Positions 1 to 10,231 of a stretch of 64,000 bases of DNA are shown here, piece by piece. Every line of letters begins with the position of its first letter. The first letter of the stretch is position 1. Where the stretch lies: the NCBI GenBank assembly GCA_031411295.1, contig JANOAV010000161.1, forward strand, positions 1-64,000, given 5' to 3'. A model generated the notes under the pieces. It made no database searches. It worked only from the letters and a program-made list of their open reading frames with translations, and was not told where the DNA came from. A program made the translations under genes and the position numbers. The DNA is from Verrucomicrobiales bacterium (GTDB lineage Bacteria; Verrucomicrobiota; Verrucomicrobiia; Verrucomicrobiales; V1-33).

Positions 1-86
1 TTGCGGGCCGCCCCTGGTGGGCAAAATAGTGGCTCCAGTAACGCCCATTCCTTGTCACTCACATCTGTCGGGTAGCTTTTTCTCAT
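1..86 (-). CDS. IS5-family transposase, N-terminal fragment (partial, runs off the window)
   Basis: ATG at 86 gives MRKSYPTDVSDKEWALLEPLF, the typical YP(S/T)D-x-SD-x-EW-x2-LEP start of IS5/DUF4096-type transposases. Confidence 0.8.
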   Translation of the reverse strand, partial: MRKSYPTDVSDKEWALLEPLFCPPGAAR

Positions 87-136
87 TCCTTACCCTACCC
101 CATTATGGCCCTTTTTCAAAATTACCGGACAGGTTC
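1..136 (-). mobile_element. Left end of an IS5-family (IS1031-like) insertion sequence, continuing beyond the window start
   Basis: The minus strand reads TTA|GAACCTGTCCGGTAATT..., i.e. a TNA-type target (137-139) followed by a GAA-starting terminus. A transposase N-terminus begins 50 bp inside the end. Confidence 0.8.
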
Positions 137-3100
137 TAAGATTCGGTCCGGCCACAACCTCGTTGGTCGCCCCATACCAGTGGTAAGTCCCGGCTCCGAT
201 TTGGTCCGTGGTGATGGTCGCGCTGGTGCCCGTGGCAGTGAACCGGAAAGGAATGAAGCTGGGGGTGCTGCTGGCATCATTGTCGAAGATCATGGTGCCA
301 GTGCCATTGCCATTGACCGTGAAGAGTTGCGTGCGATCACCTCCCCACTGACGTTCGTAAAGTCGCGTTTCGTAAGTCACCCCCGATGTTAATCCGCTCA
401 GCGTCAGGGTGGCGGGATCTCCGTTGTAATAAAAGTTATTGAGCAACCGGCTTATGTCTCCCGTGGCCCCCGTGGCTCCATTCCCAGCGCTGGGATTGGC
501 CCCGGCTAAGTTCCAATTTGCCCCGGTGAGCCCGGCCCCAGTAAAGATGACGCCGTTGATCGTGACGGGCGTTCCTTCCGCGAAATCAAGGGCGTGCGTG
601 TAGTTCTTCGACGCTGAGATGCCGGTGCCGGCATCGTTGGTGAAATAGACCGGGGTGCCGACCGATGCGGTGGAAATCACACTGCCCGCACCAGAGAGTC
701 GATTGACTGTTTCGCTGAATCCTCCGAGATCCAAGGCGCTACCGGAGTTGATCGCCAAGCCTCCTTTGCCCGCTCCATGAGGGATCACTTCTGAGGCTGC
801 CAATTTCAGCGTGCCTTTCGTGATCGAGGTATCTCCATTGTAATCATTCCCCGTGTTGCCGAGGATGAGCGTATTGTTTTCGTCGCTCCGGCTTCCTCCT
901 TTGGTGAGACCACCGGCACCGGAAATGAGACCGGACACGCGCAGATTGTTCGAGTTGTTGCCGCCCAGATTACTGGTTGCCGCGAGTGTTACTTTCCCGC
1001 TGAGCGTGTATTCCTGAAAACCTCCACCACCTCCGTCGGCGTAGATGGCCGCCTTATCGCCCCCTGGCGAGAAGCCTCCGAGGCCGTTCAGCGTGAAATT
1101 GTTGGGGATATTGGAGGAACCGGTCTGCCACCAGGGAAGATAATTTGCCCCCGCAGCAATGCTAACATCGCCCGTGCCAAGCGAGCCAGCATGGTGGGCC
1201 AGAATCATGCCGTTGGAAATAGTGGTTCCGGCGGTGTAGGTGTTCGCAGAACCGAGTTCAAGGAGGCTGGAGCCCGTTTTCACAATGCTGGCCAGCGGGC
1301 CCGAGATCACCCCATTGAAGGCGGTGGTGGTCGAACCATCGATAGTTAGGCGTGAGAGCGGTCCGAGGTTCACGCTCGTGCCAGAGACTCCGGAGAGTGA
1401 GGCCACGGTTTGGAGCACATCGTTCAGTTGCAGCGTGGCCCCTGCGGTGGTGAGGGAGACGTCGGTGGACGGACTGAGGAGGTTGGTCTGGAAGGACGAA
1501 GATTTAATCACGGCAAGGTTGTCCACCCCACCAATCATTCCGCCGTCCGAGCCAAAAGTGAGGTAACTGGTCCCCATGCCGGTATTGAGCGTATAGCTGC
1601 CGATGGTGCTTCCTCCTTGGGTGACGACGAGCTTGGTTCCATTTCCAGCAAAGGGCGATCCAGTGCCAGTAGCATCGGCCAAATAGACCCCGAAGCTGTC
1701 CCCGCCCGAAGTAGATCCAAAATCTTGCAACAGTCCCCCATTATTAAAGATCTGGATTCCGGTGTTCGCACGATAGAGGAAGCCGAATTCTCCCGATCCC
1801 GTGATCGGGAAACCATTTCCACTCGTGGAGCGAATGGTGAAACTGGTCCAGGAGGCGGAGTTGCCCGTATTGCCCTTGAACATGTCGAAACCCACCTTCA
1901 GTGGCCCGGGCACATTGGCCGTGGACAGTGGCAGACCATTGAGCGTGGCGCTGGCCCCGAAGGCCAGCAGCAAGTAGTCTCCATTGGTTCCTGCTGGTTG
2001 TTGCACTGGCGTGGCATTGCCTACTTGGGTGTTTCCTGCCGGGGTCCAATTCTGCAACGCAGAACTGCCCGTCTGCCGACCCGCAAGGTTGAAATTCAGA
2101 TCCATGGTGTTGGGATTGCCAGTAGCGCTGAAGTTATCCGTCAACATGGCTGAAGTGGCAGTGCCCTGGAGCGCCAGCGTGCCGGCGTTGACGGCGGTTG
2201 CTCCAGTGTAAGTGCTGGCGGCTGAAAGTGTGAGCGTGCCAGCACCAGACTTGGTGAGCGGGCCCGTGCTGCCAGGGAAATTCGCCAGCGTGTTTCTAAT
2301 GGCGATGTTATTGCCGTTGGTATTAATGATGGCCCCACCGTTCTTGATCAGGGCCGGACCACTGCGCGGGTTGCTGTCGCCATTTTGATGCACTTGGAGA
2401 AAATCTGCGCTCGCAGCAGAAGCCATCACGGTGGTGCCGTTGAAGATCACATGGGTGACACCCACAAAATCATTGCCATAAATGAACGGGGTGGTCAGCG
2501 TGCCACCGTCCAAATGGAGGCTGGAAGCAATCACCCCATTGGCGGCAAGATTCACCCCGCCGGTGGCAGTAACGCTGGTGCCGGGATTCATGACGAAACG
2601 GGACCAATCGCCTCCCGGGCCCGTGCGCAGTTGGCCTCCAACGCTCAGGCTCGTCGTGCCTGTGACTTCCAGCGTGCCACGCCCGACCTCCACATTGCCA
2701 GTGGAGGTGGTCAGGGCCGCATTGTTCAGCGTCACCTTGGTGTTCGCTGCCTGGTCCTCACCATCCACCGTGGTTCCGGTAACGACTAAATTTTTCGTCC
2801 CCAGCGTAATCGTGCTCCCGCTGAAAGTAAGATTGTTCGCCCCCGAGTCTTCGTTGGCCGTCAGCGTCAACGCCCCACCACTGCCATCAGTCGTGATATT
2901 TCCCGTGTAGGTGGCACTGCCGGGCCGCCGGTAAATCGTTTGATTACTCCCCGTCAACGCAAACCCATAATTGTGCGTCCCGCTGGTATTGGTGAAAAAG
3001 AGCGTGCCACTGGCAACCTCCAACTGACTGGCGACCGCTGCGGTCACGGACACATTCGTAAGGTCTGTCGTGTGGTCACCTTCGCCACTGCTGTTAAATT

Positions 3101-3611
3101 GAATTGTCTGAGCACCCGTCGCTGTGAATCCAAACGCATAACGCTGGAAGGCACTCTGGCTCAGCCACCCATAGTTAGCGCCATCGAGTGTCAGCGAGGC
3201 CCCCAATGTATTATCGGCAAAGACACTCACGCCCGACGTATTCCCATTACGGGCCGCAGCGTCGAAACTGAAGAGGTAATTTGTTCCGCCAGTGGTGGCG
3301 ATGGCTTGGGAGGCACTCACATTTCCCTGCATGAAGAGGAAACTCCCCGTATTCGTCGCGGGGGCAAAGGCGTTGGAGGTTGTGGTCAACGTTCCATTGA
3401 TCCCTGATCCAGTGGTGGTCCAGCCAGTTGCACCAGCAGGGTTCACTCCACCTTCCCCGAAGTATCCATTGCCATTGGTGAAGATAGCGGCGTTACCGGA
3501 GAAATCCGGATTGGAAACTAAATTTTGCGCAGCAGCAAATCCGTTAAAAATGCCTGTCAATGCGAGCACAAAACTCGAAACGAAAGTTAGAGAGACATGG
3601 GAGCTTTTCAT
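90..3611 (-). pseudogene. Large secreted autotransporter-associated beta-strand-repeat protein, C-terminally truncated by IS insertion
   Basis: Signal peptide; several LTKxGxGTLxLxxxNTYxGxTxIxxGTL repeats; carbohydrate-binding-like domains. The native-looking sequence ends at ...VVAGPNL and the last residues (RTCPVILKKGHNGVG) are read from the IS end. Confidence 0.8.
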
Positions 3612-3833
3612 AAATTTATGGCTAGGTGCGGGCGGATTCGTAGCGGGTGGCGAACCCTCATCCTACATCACCGGAGCAATTAATAAAGCGAATTAACAGG
3701 CCAACGGAAAAACGGAAAACGCTATTCCGCCTGAAAATTCGCGATCTTCGTGGTAGAAAAACCTTCGCCACAAGGCTCCTCGCAAAGTAGCCGTCACCAC
3801 TCCGCGTGACGGCAGGCGTTAGCAGGCGCATGC

Positions 3834-4050
3834 GAGTTCGAGACCAGTCTGCCTAGCGCAGCAAGACGTTCGCAGCAACGACGGCTGGCAGGGCTGCTGG
3901 CGTTTGGTGATTCGCAGCGGTGGCGGGATCGGGAAATCGCGCTGGTCATCACGCGGAGCGATGATGACTACTTTGAAGGACCACGAATTCGGAGCCAGTC
4001 CGCCTAGCGCAGCAAGACGTTGGGAGCAACGACGGCTGGCAGGGCTGCTG
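3834..4050. repeat. Intergenic pair of ~57-bp direct repeats (REP-like)
   Basis: CCAGTCyGCCTAGCGCAGCAAGACGTTsGsAGCAACGACGGCTGGCAGGGCTGCTG at about 3844-3899 and 3995-4050, with internal hairpins. Confidence 0.75.
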
Positions 4051-4101
4051 ACCTCAAGAGGGCTGCACGCCGCTGCGGCTCCATTCGGATCGCAATTGCG
4101 C

Positions 4102-4494
4102 TTAGAGCCCGTCGAACTTCGACTGGTTGGGATCATGGGCCCCGGTGCCAGGGGTGACGACAGCGGCTCCGGGAACGCCTACTTTGCTCTTCTCCTGCTT
4201 TTGCTTGGCGAGCACGCTAGCCGCATAAGGAATGGCATCTGTCGGTGGCAGGGTCACGACGCCCTTTGCTTTGTCCAAGGCGTATTTGTTGAAGTCAGCT
4301 TCCTGTTCCTTCACGACCAGCATCTTTTTGGCGGAGCGGGCTTTGCCGGCACCACCGTCAAGGGCTTCACCATCGCTGGGACCAAACATTTCTTTAACTG
4401 CGTAGATCGCCACGCCAAAGGCAAGAATTGCGCCAACGGTGCCCCAGAAGGTGAGGAAACGTTTACCGAGGGTATCTCCAGGATGTTCGTCCAT
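4102..4494 (-). CDS. Small single-TM protein at the end of the act operon (possible ACIII accessory subunit)
   Basis: 130 aa with one N-terminal TM helix, co-oriented directly after actF. Confidence 0.6.
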   Translation of the reverse strand: MDEHPGDTLGKRFLTFWGTVGAILAFGVAIYAVKEMFGPSDGEALDGGAGKARSAKKMLVVKEQEADFNKYALDKAKGVVTLPPTDAIPYAASVLAKQKQEKSKVGVPGAAVVTPGTGAHDPNQSKFDGL

Positions 4495-4534
4495 GATGAT
4501 TTATAGAGTGAAGGAGTGAGAAAAAGTGATGGAA

Positions 4535-5902
4535 TTAGTTCATCAGGTTGACGGATTCCTCCAAACGAGGATCGCCACACGGATAGATGCTGGCCTTGGC
4601 CAGGCGCTTGAGGAAGCAGTAGCCGTAGAGACCACCGATGGTCGCCAGCGCCATGAGATCCATGCCGAAGTCGAGGATCAAACGGCCGAAGGTAGGCGCA
4701 GAGCTGGCATCATAGAGCACGGGGCCGCGTTGGGGTGTAACCCACCAGAACACTTCCAGCACGTGAATGAAGATCACATAAGCGGCAATGATCATGATGG
4801 CGTTCAGGTTCTTCTTGGCATCTCGTTTGAGTAGGGCAACGAAGGGCACCACGAAGTGCAGGAACGTCAGTGCGAGCGACAGATACCAGTAGCCGCCGGT
4901 GTTGCGAATCGCGAAGAAGCGGGTTTCTTCAGGAATGTTGGCATACCAGATCAGGAAGTATTGGCTGAAGCAAATGTAAGCCCAGAAGATAATGAAGGCG
5001 TGCATCAACTTGCCTTTGATGTGGAAGTGTTCCACGGAAACGATGTGGTTCAAATGTCCGGTCTTAACCAAGAGGCCGACCACCAGAATGATCAACGCCA
5101 TTGAACTCATGGCTGAACCAGCAAAGACGTTCACGGGCCACATGGTGGAGAACCATTTGTAGTCAAGGCCTTCGATCCAATCAATGGAAGCAAAGCTGGA
5201 GGCGATGGCCATCAAGGGCAACCATCCGGCTGCAAAACGACGGGCAGTGAAGGTGGTCTTGACGCTGCCGCTGGTGTCCTGGCTGAGACTGTATTGACGC
5301 ATTTTCCAAGCGCCAAAGCCCAAGATTGCGAAGTAAATGACGTAACGCATGTCGAAACCCGGGATGGAACCCCAACCAAGGTGGAGGTAGCCGAACTTGT
5401 GCGCCAACAGGTGAGTCGCGTGACCACCCGCGTGGATCTGGTCATATAAGGTGGCGTCCGGACCTGCGTCCACTGTCCTGGCAACAGCATGATGGCCGAT
5501 CCAGGTCCAAACGGTTTCCCGGATGCTGGGGATGAAGATCAGGGGCAGACCGAGAATAAACATCAGTCCAAAGTTGTTGGAAATAGTTTCTGGAATCCGA
5601 CGGATGGCAACACCCCAGCCCGAATTGGAGGCGTTGTGGAGCAGCACCCAGAAAAGCATCCCGACCGTAATGGTGAAGAACACTTCGAATCCGAAGAGCC
5701 AAGAGAAGGCGTAAGAACGACCGAGAGAATCCTGAGCGCTCGGGCTAAAAAATGGTAACTGCGGCAGCAGAAGAATGGCGGAAATCACAGCACCGATCCC
5801 GCCAATCATGAGGCACAGCGATTGGATGGACGCGATCTTATCCGTCTTGAGTTGCTCTCCGCCAGCGGGGATGTCTGTGACTGCTACGTAATGGTGGCTC
5901 AT
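4535..5902 (-). CDS. actF: Alternative complex III membrane subunit ActF
   Basis: Polytopic; WGVAIRRIPE, WFSTM and FWAYICFSQYFLIWYANIPEE motifs; follows actCDE. Confidence 0.9.
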   Translation of the reverse strand: MSHHYVAVTDIPAGGEQLKTDKIASIQSLCLMIGGIGAVISAILLLPQLPFFSPSAQDSLGRSYAFSWLFGFEVFFTITVGMLFWVLLHNASNSGWGVAIRRIPETISNNFGLMFILGLPLIFIPSIRETVWTWIGHHAVARTVDAGPDATLYDQIHAGGHATHLLAHKFGYLHLGWGSIPGFDMRYVIYFAILGFGAWKMRQYSLSQDTSGSVKTTFTARRFAAGWLPLMAIASSFASIDWIEGLDYKWFSTMWPVNVFAGSAMSSMALIILVVGLLVKTGHLNHIVSVEHFHIKGKLMHAFIIFWAYICFSQYFLIWYANIPEETRFFAIRNTGGYWYLSLALTFLHFVVPFVALLKRDAKKNLNAIMIIAAYVIFIHVLEVFWWVTPQRGPVLYDASSAPTFGRLILDFGMDLMALATIGGLYGYCFLKRLAKASIYPCGDPRLEESVNLMN

Positions 5903-5929
5903 CGAATGAAATGGGGTCGAAATGAAAAG

Positions 5930-6670
5930 TTATTCTTTGGCGTTACCGGCCTTTTTGGCGGCTTCCCAGGCCTTGGTGACCTCGGGATCAGCCAATGGGG
6001 CGCTGCGGCTCAGGCCGAGGGTGCGGACGTAGGCGATGACAGCCCAGCGGTCTGGGACGTTGATTTTATCGCCATAGCGACCCATCAGGCCCTGCCCGTT
6101 GGTGATGGTATTGAAAAGGGAGCCATTCGGCTTATAAGCGGCGTTTGCTTTGTCCGTGAACGGGCCGTCTTGGAAATTGGCGATGTTGGCGATGCCGTAA
6201 GCGGCGTTGGGAGTGTCCTGGCGCAGAGCCAAGGTCCCCTTGCCGTTGCCGGATTTACCATGGCAAATGGCGCAGTGAATGTTATACACTTGCTGACCAC
6301 GGCGGAGGGAGGCGGGGGTGATCTCCACCCCGTCCGGAAAACCATCACCCCAGAAGGTGCCATTTTCCACCTTGCCGGAGTTGTAATAATCCGAGCCATG
6401 ACCAGTGCTGAAACCAGCAGGATCGCGATAGCCCTCGCTGGCGAGTTTGTCTGGCAGGCTGGCACCCATGGGCACAGAACCGATCACCGGTTGCCGGGCT
6501 CCCTGGCCGTCTGCGAAGAAGTAGTTCGAGGACTGGGCCTTCACTTTGCCTTGGTGGGCCATGTCATCGAAAAGCTCGATCGGAGTGTCCGTTGATTTGT
6601 CTCCACGGAAGCCTGCGATACCGACGACGGTAACGCTGAGCAGAAGGAATGCTAAAAAGAAGTAACGCAT
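5930..6670 (-). CDS. actE: Alternative complex III monoheme cytochrome c subunit ActE
   Basis: DMAHQGK motif, CAICH heme motif, DRWAVIAYVR; start chosen at MRYFFLAF. Confidence 0.88.
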   Translation of the reverse strand: MRYFFLAFLLLSVTVVGIAGFRGDKSTDTPIELFDDMAHQGKVKAQSSNYFFADGQGARQPVIGSVPMGASLPDKLASEGYRDPAGFSTGHGSDYYNSGKVENGTFWGDGFPDGVEITPASLRRGQQVYNIHCAICHGKSGNGKGTLALRQDTPNAAYGIANIANFQDGPFTDKANAAYKPNGSLFNTITNGQGLMGRYGDKINVPDRWAVIAYVRTLGLSRSAPLADPEVTKAWEAAKKAGNAKE

Positions 6671-6692
6671 GGTAGCTGGGTGAGGCCAGAGA

Positions 6693-7253
6693 TTAAATTT
6701 CGTCTTCGACGATTTCGAGGTTTTTACCACCGAGTTCAGCGAGGAAGGCTTGAGTCTTTTCCACGGAGAAACCAGGATCGCGCGCTTCGATGCAGAGGAA
6801 GAAGCCGTCGTCGGAGAACTTGAGGAAATTCTGGGAATTGAAGAGCGGATGGTGCAGGCGTGGCAGTTTCATCAAGGCCAAGCCACCAAAAAGACAGGTG
6901 AAGGCGGAGAAGAGAATGGTCAGTTCAAACATCACAGGGAAGAACGCCGGAATGGTGAAGATATTGGAGGGCTTGGACTGCACCACCGTAGGGTATATGA
7001 CCACTTGGGTAATGTATTCCAACAGGAACGCGGTCAAGGTGCCGGTGGCACCACCAATGAGCACGAAGAGCGAAAGAATGCTCTTGGGCAACCCCATGGC
7101 GGCATCCATGCCGTGAATCGGGAATGGGCTGTGCACATCCCAATGCTTGAAGCCGGCATCCCGCACTTTTTCGGCGGCATGATAGAGGTCTTTGGCGCTG
7201 GGGAATTCCGCAAGGGCTCCGTGCACGCGCTTTAATGGAGTAGGTGAGGCCAT
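6693..7253 (-). CDS. actD: Alternative complex III subunit ActD (DUF3341)
   Basis: HSPFPIHGMDAAMG and PAFFPVMFELTILF motifs. Confidence 0.9.
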   Translation of the reverse strand: MASPTPLKRVHGALAEFPSAKDLYHAAEKVRDAGFKHWDVHSPFPIHGMDAAMGLPKSILSLFVLIGGATGTLTAFLLEYITQVVIYPTVVQSKPSNIFTIPAFFPVMFELTILFSAFTCLFGGLALMKLPRLHHPLFNSQNFLKFSDDGFFLCIEARDPGFSVEKTQAFLAELGGKNLEIVEDEI

Positions 7254-7294
7254 GATGTCAGCTAAAAGGGTGTCGCTTGGCTATAAAGTGAAAT

Positions 7295-8830
7295 TTAGGC
7301 TCCGCCGGGAATGCCATCAGGATCGATGGTAGGACGGGTTCCGGAAGAAGGATTGTCCACTTCCTTGAGGTAAGGACGGTAAACGCCTTTGCGCTTGGCG
7401 CGCTCGGCATCGTGGTGAGGATCGGAATCGGCCAGCACGCCCTTGACTTCGCTCATGGCGATAACTGGCAGGAACCGGATAAACAGGAGGAACAATCCAA
7501 GGAACAGCCCGAAGGTGCCGATGAAGGACCAGATTTCCACCCAAGTAGGATGGAAGTCATCCCACTGACCAGGCAGGAAGTCACGGGCGGTAGTGGTGAC
7601 GATGATCACGAAGCGCTCATACCACATACCGGCATTTACAAACATACACACCAGCATCACGATCCACAGGTTCTCCCGGCAGCGTTTAAACCAGAAGGCT
7701 TGCGGGGCGATCACGTTGCAGAAGAACATCGCGTAGTAGGTCCAAGTGTAGGGACCATACATGATCCGCCATTTGAAGGCGTCGAATTCATAGTCAGAGC
7801 CGGAATACCAGGCAACGAACAGTTCCATCAAGTAGGCGTAACCCACGATGGTGCCGGTCAGCGCGATGATCTTGGTCATGTTGTCGATGTGCTTGGCGGT
7901 CAGCAAATCATGCAGACCGTAGATCCGACGAATCGGGATCATGAGCGTCAGCACCATGGCAAAACCACCGAAGATAGCGCCGGCCACGAAGTAAGGAGGG
8001 AAAATGGTGGTGTGCCACCCCGGAACGACTGACGTCGCAAAGTCGAAGGACACCACGGTGTGCACGGAAAGCACCAACGGGGTGGAAAGGGCCGCCAGCA
8101 GGAGGTAGGCCATTTCGTAGTGACGCCATTGGCGATTGCCACCGCGCCACCCGAGGGCGAAGATACCGTAAGCCAACTTGCGAATGCCGCCTTTAGCACG
8201 GTCACGGAGCGTGGCCAAGTCAGGAACCAGTCCGAGATACCAAAAAATTACGGAAACCGTAAAATACGTCGAAACGGCAAAAACGTCCCAGAGGAGCGGG
8301 GACTTAAAGTTCTGCCAGATGGCATTGCTGTTGGGGATCGGAGCTAGGAAATAAACCATCCAAACCCGACCCACATGCAGTGCGGGAAAGATACCAGCGC
8401 AAACCACCGCGAATAAAGTCATGGCTTCCGCCGCCCGGTTCACCGAAGTTCGCCACTTCTGACGGGTTAGGAAAAGGATGGCGGAAATTAACGTTCCCGC
8501 GTGACCAATACCGATCCAAAACACGAAGTTGGTAATATCCCAACACCACGCCACGGGGTGATTGGTTCCCCACACGCCGATACCGGTCGAAATAAGGTAA
8601 GTGAAGCACCCAACCAAAACGATCGTCAGTATGAAACACGGAACGATCAACCACCACCAGAGCTTGGGCTGTGGCTGCTCCACGATGCCAGCAATTTTCT
8701 CCGTGATCCAATGCAGCGACCGATTATTGAGAACCAATGGTTCCCGCGTCAGCACTTGGGCGACGGTGTTCCCGCCTCCACTTGGAGTGGAGCCGTGACT
8801 GTGATCGTGGGTGTCAGTAGCAGAAGCCAT
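7295..8830 (-). CDS. actC: Alternative complex III NrfD-family subunit ActC
   Basis: [40 protein letters not shown] and [16 protein letters not shown] motifs; start chosen at MASATD. Confidence 0.95.
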   Translation of the reverse strand: MASATDTHDHSHGSTPSGGGNTVAQVLTREPLVLNNRSLHWITEKIAGIVEQPQPKLWWWLIVPCFILTIVLVGCFTYLISTGIGVWGTNHPVAWCWDITNFVFWIGIGHAGTLISAILFLTRQKWRTSVNRAAEAMTLFAVVCAGIFPALHVGRVWMVYFLAPIPNSNAIWQNFKSPLLWDVFAVSTYFTVSVIFWYLGLVPDLATLRDRAKGGIRKLAYGIFALGWRGGNRQWRHYEMAYLLLAALSTPLVLSVHTVVSFDFATSVVPGWHTTIFPPYFVAGAIFGGFAMVLTLMIPIRRIYGLHDLLTAKHIDNMTKIIALTGTIVGYAYLMELFVAWYSGSDYEFDAFKWRIMYGPYTWTYYAMFFCNVIAPQAFWFKRCRENLWIVMLVCMFVNAGMWYERFVIIVTTTARDFLPGQWDDFHPTWVEIWSFIGTFGLFLGLFLLFIRFLPVIAMSEVKGVLADSDPHHDAERAKRKGVYRPYLKEVDNPSSGTRPTIDPDGIPGGA

Positions 8831-9106
8831 GCGCGATTTTTTCGATAAAAAGCAATAAAAGAAGAAGACCTGCCCGAGAGTTCGGGACAGTCCAAGCATT
8901 CGATATAGGCGCTTGTGAAAAATTTCACAAGCAGAATTCTAAAAAAATGTCTTCGGCGTTTGGGTTCAGGCTTTGGCTCCAAGGACCGGGCTCAGCACCC
9001 CTCCGCAGATTCGGTAAAGTCTCGATGCGAACGGATGCGTTAAAGTAGCATTAACTAGAAGTCGCCATCACGAATTTCGTTGAAACAAGCCGTCATTCGT
9101 CGTCGT

Positions 9107-9790
9107 ATGGCCCTGATGTTCCGTAAATCTCCACGACTCAAAATCCTCTGGCGCTGGTCTTGGCGAGGCCTTGTCCTGTTGGTGCTGGCCGTCTGGGCGG
9201 CCAACCTTTGGGTCTTGGGGGATACAAAGTCGCAGATCTACCGCACCATCTCTTCCGTGCCGGAGGGCGGACCAGAGGTGGCCTTGGTGCTGGGAACGAG
9301 CAAAACGCTGGCCACCGGCTGGGGGAATCATTTCTTCCAACGCCGCATTGAGGCCGCCGCGGAACTTTACCATGCGGGGAAAATTCGCCATTTACTGCTG
9401 AGCGGGGACCACAGCACCCCGGACTATAACGAACCCGCCGACATGCGGGACGCCTTAATTGCCAGGGGCGTGCCCGCCGACGCCATGACGCTGGATTTTG
9501 CTGGCATGCGGACGCTGGATTCCATCGTGCGCGCCCGGGAAATTTTCGACCTCACCAACTGCATTATTGTCACCGACGACTTTCATTTACCACGCGCGGT
9601 GTTGCTTGCGAATCATTTCGGCCTGCGGGCCACGGGTTATGAAACGGAGCCTCTGGCTTGGAACGTCTCGGAGAAAACCCGCTGCCGGGAATACCTGGCC
9701 CGGGTCAAGCTGCTGCTGGATGTCTATTTACTAGGCACGGAGCCAAGGCATCTGGGTCCGAAGCTGCCGATCAATGCGATTACCCCCTAA
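9107..9790 (+). CDS. SanA/YdcF (DUF218) family protein
   Basis: N-terminal TM; ALVLGTSK, LLSGDH..YNEP.DM, DFAGMRTLDS and FHLPRA motifs. Confidence 0.88.
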   Translation: MALMFRKSPRLKILWRWSWRGLVLLVLAVWAANLWVLGDTKSQIYRTISSVPEGGPEVALVLGTSKTLATGWGNHFFQRRIEAAAELYHAGKIRHLLLSGDHSTPDYNEPADMRDALIARGVPADAMTLDFAGMRTLDSIVRAREIFDLTNCIIVTDDFHLPRAVLLANHFGLRATGYETEPLAWNVSEKTRCREYLARVKLLLDVYLLGTEPRHLGPKLPINAITP

Positions 9791-9792
9791 TA

Positions 9793-10110
9793 TCAACCCT
9801 GCACCAGCAGCCCTTGACCACCCACATCACGCGGATCGCAGGTAACCACGATGTCCGGGTAGTAGAAAATATCCTTTTGTTTGAGCTTCATCCACACCTT
9901 CATATCCCCCACGAACGGCGTGCACGGCTTGCCATCCAAGTGGGATTCCAGTTTGGAGGCAAATTTAATGGAGATCCTATTATGCGACCAACTGACCCCG
10001 GCCATGGCAAAGACCTAACCTGCGATGTATTCATGTTTTACATCGCTCAATTGTTCCTCGGAGAGATACTCCTCCACGGAAATGGGTTGCAGTTGGCGGG
10101 CAGCAGTCAT
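9793..10110 (-). pseudogene. Uma2-family endonuclease pseudogene
   Basis: MTAARQLQPISVEEYL...KHEYIAG*VFAMAG...DIFYYPDIVVTCDPRD. It has an in-frame TAG and lacks the C-terminal half compared with the intact paralog at 42021-42608. Confidence 0.85.
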
Positions 10111-10231
10111 GCCCGTATTTTGCGGTGGATTCCACTGGCCGCAAGCACCAACTAGCCCCGAGTCACCACGCTCCAGAGAAGTTACGCATCATTGACGGCA
10201 CCCAGCTTCTGGAGTCCAGTGCGCACCTCCC

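Noticed and set aside
3819..4136. Cys-rich ORF as a RiPP precursor
   Set aside because: It overlaps the repeat pair and the upstream gene, has no leader-like features, and no modifying enzymes are nearby.
10017..10021. Programmed TAG readthrough (pyrrolysine) in the Uma2 remnant
   Set aside because: The same gene has other lesions and is truncated, so simple decay explains it.
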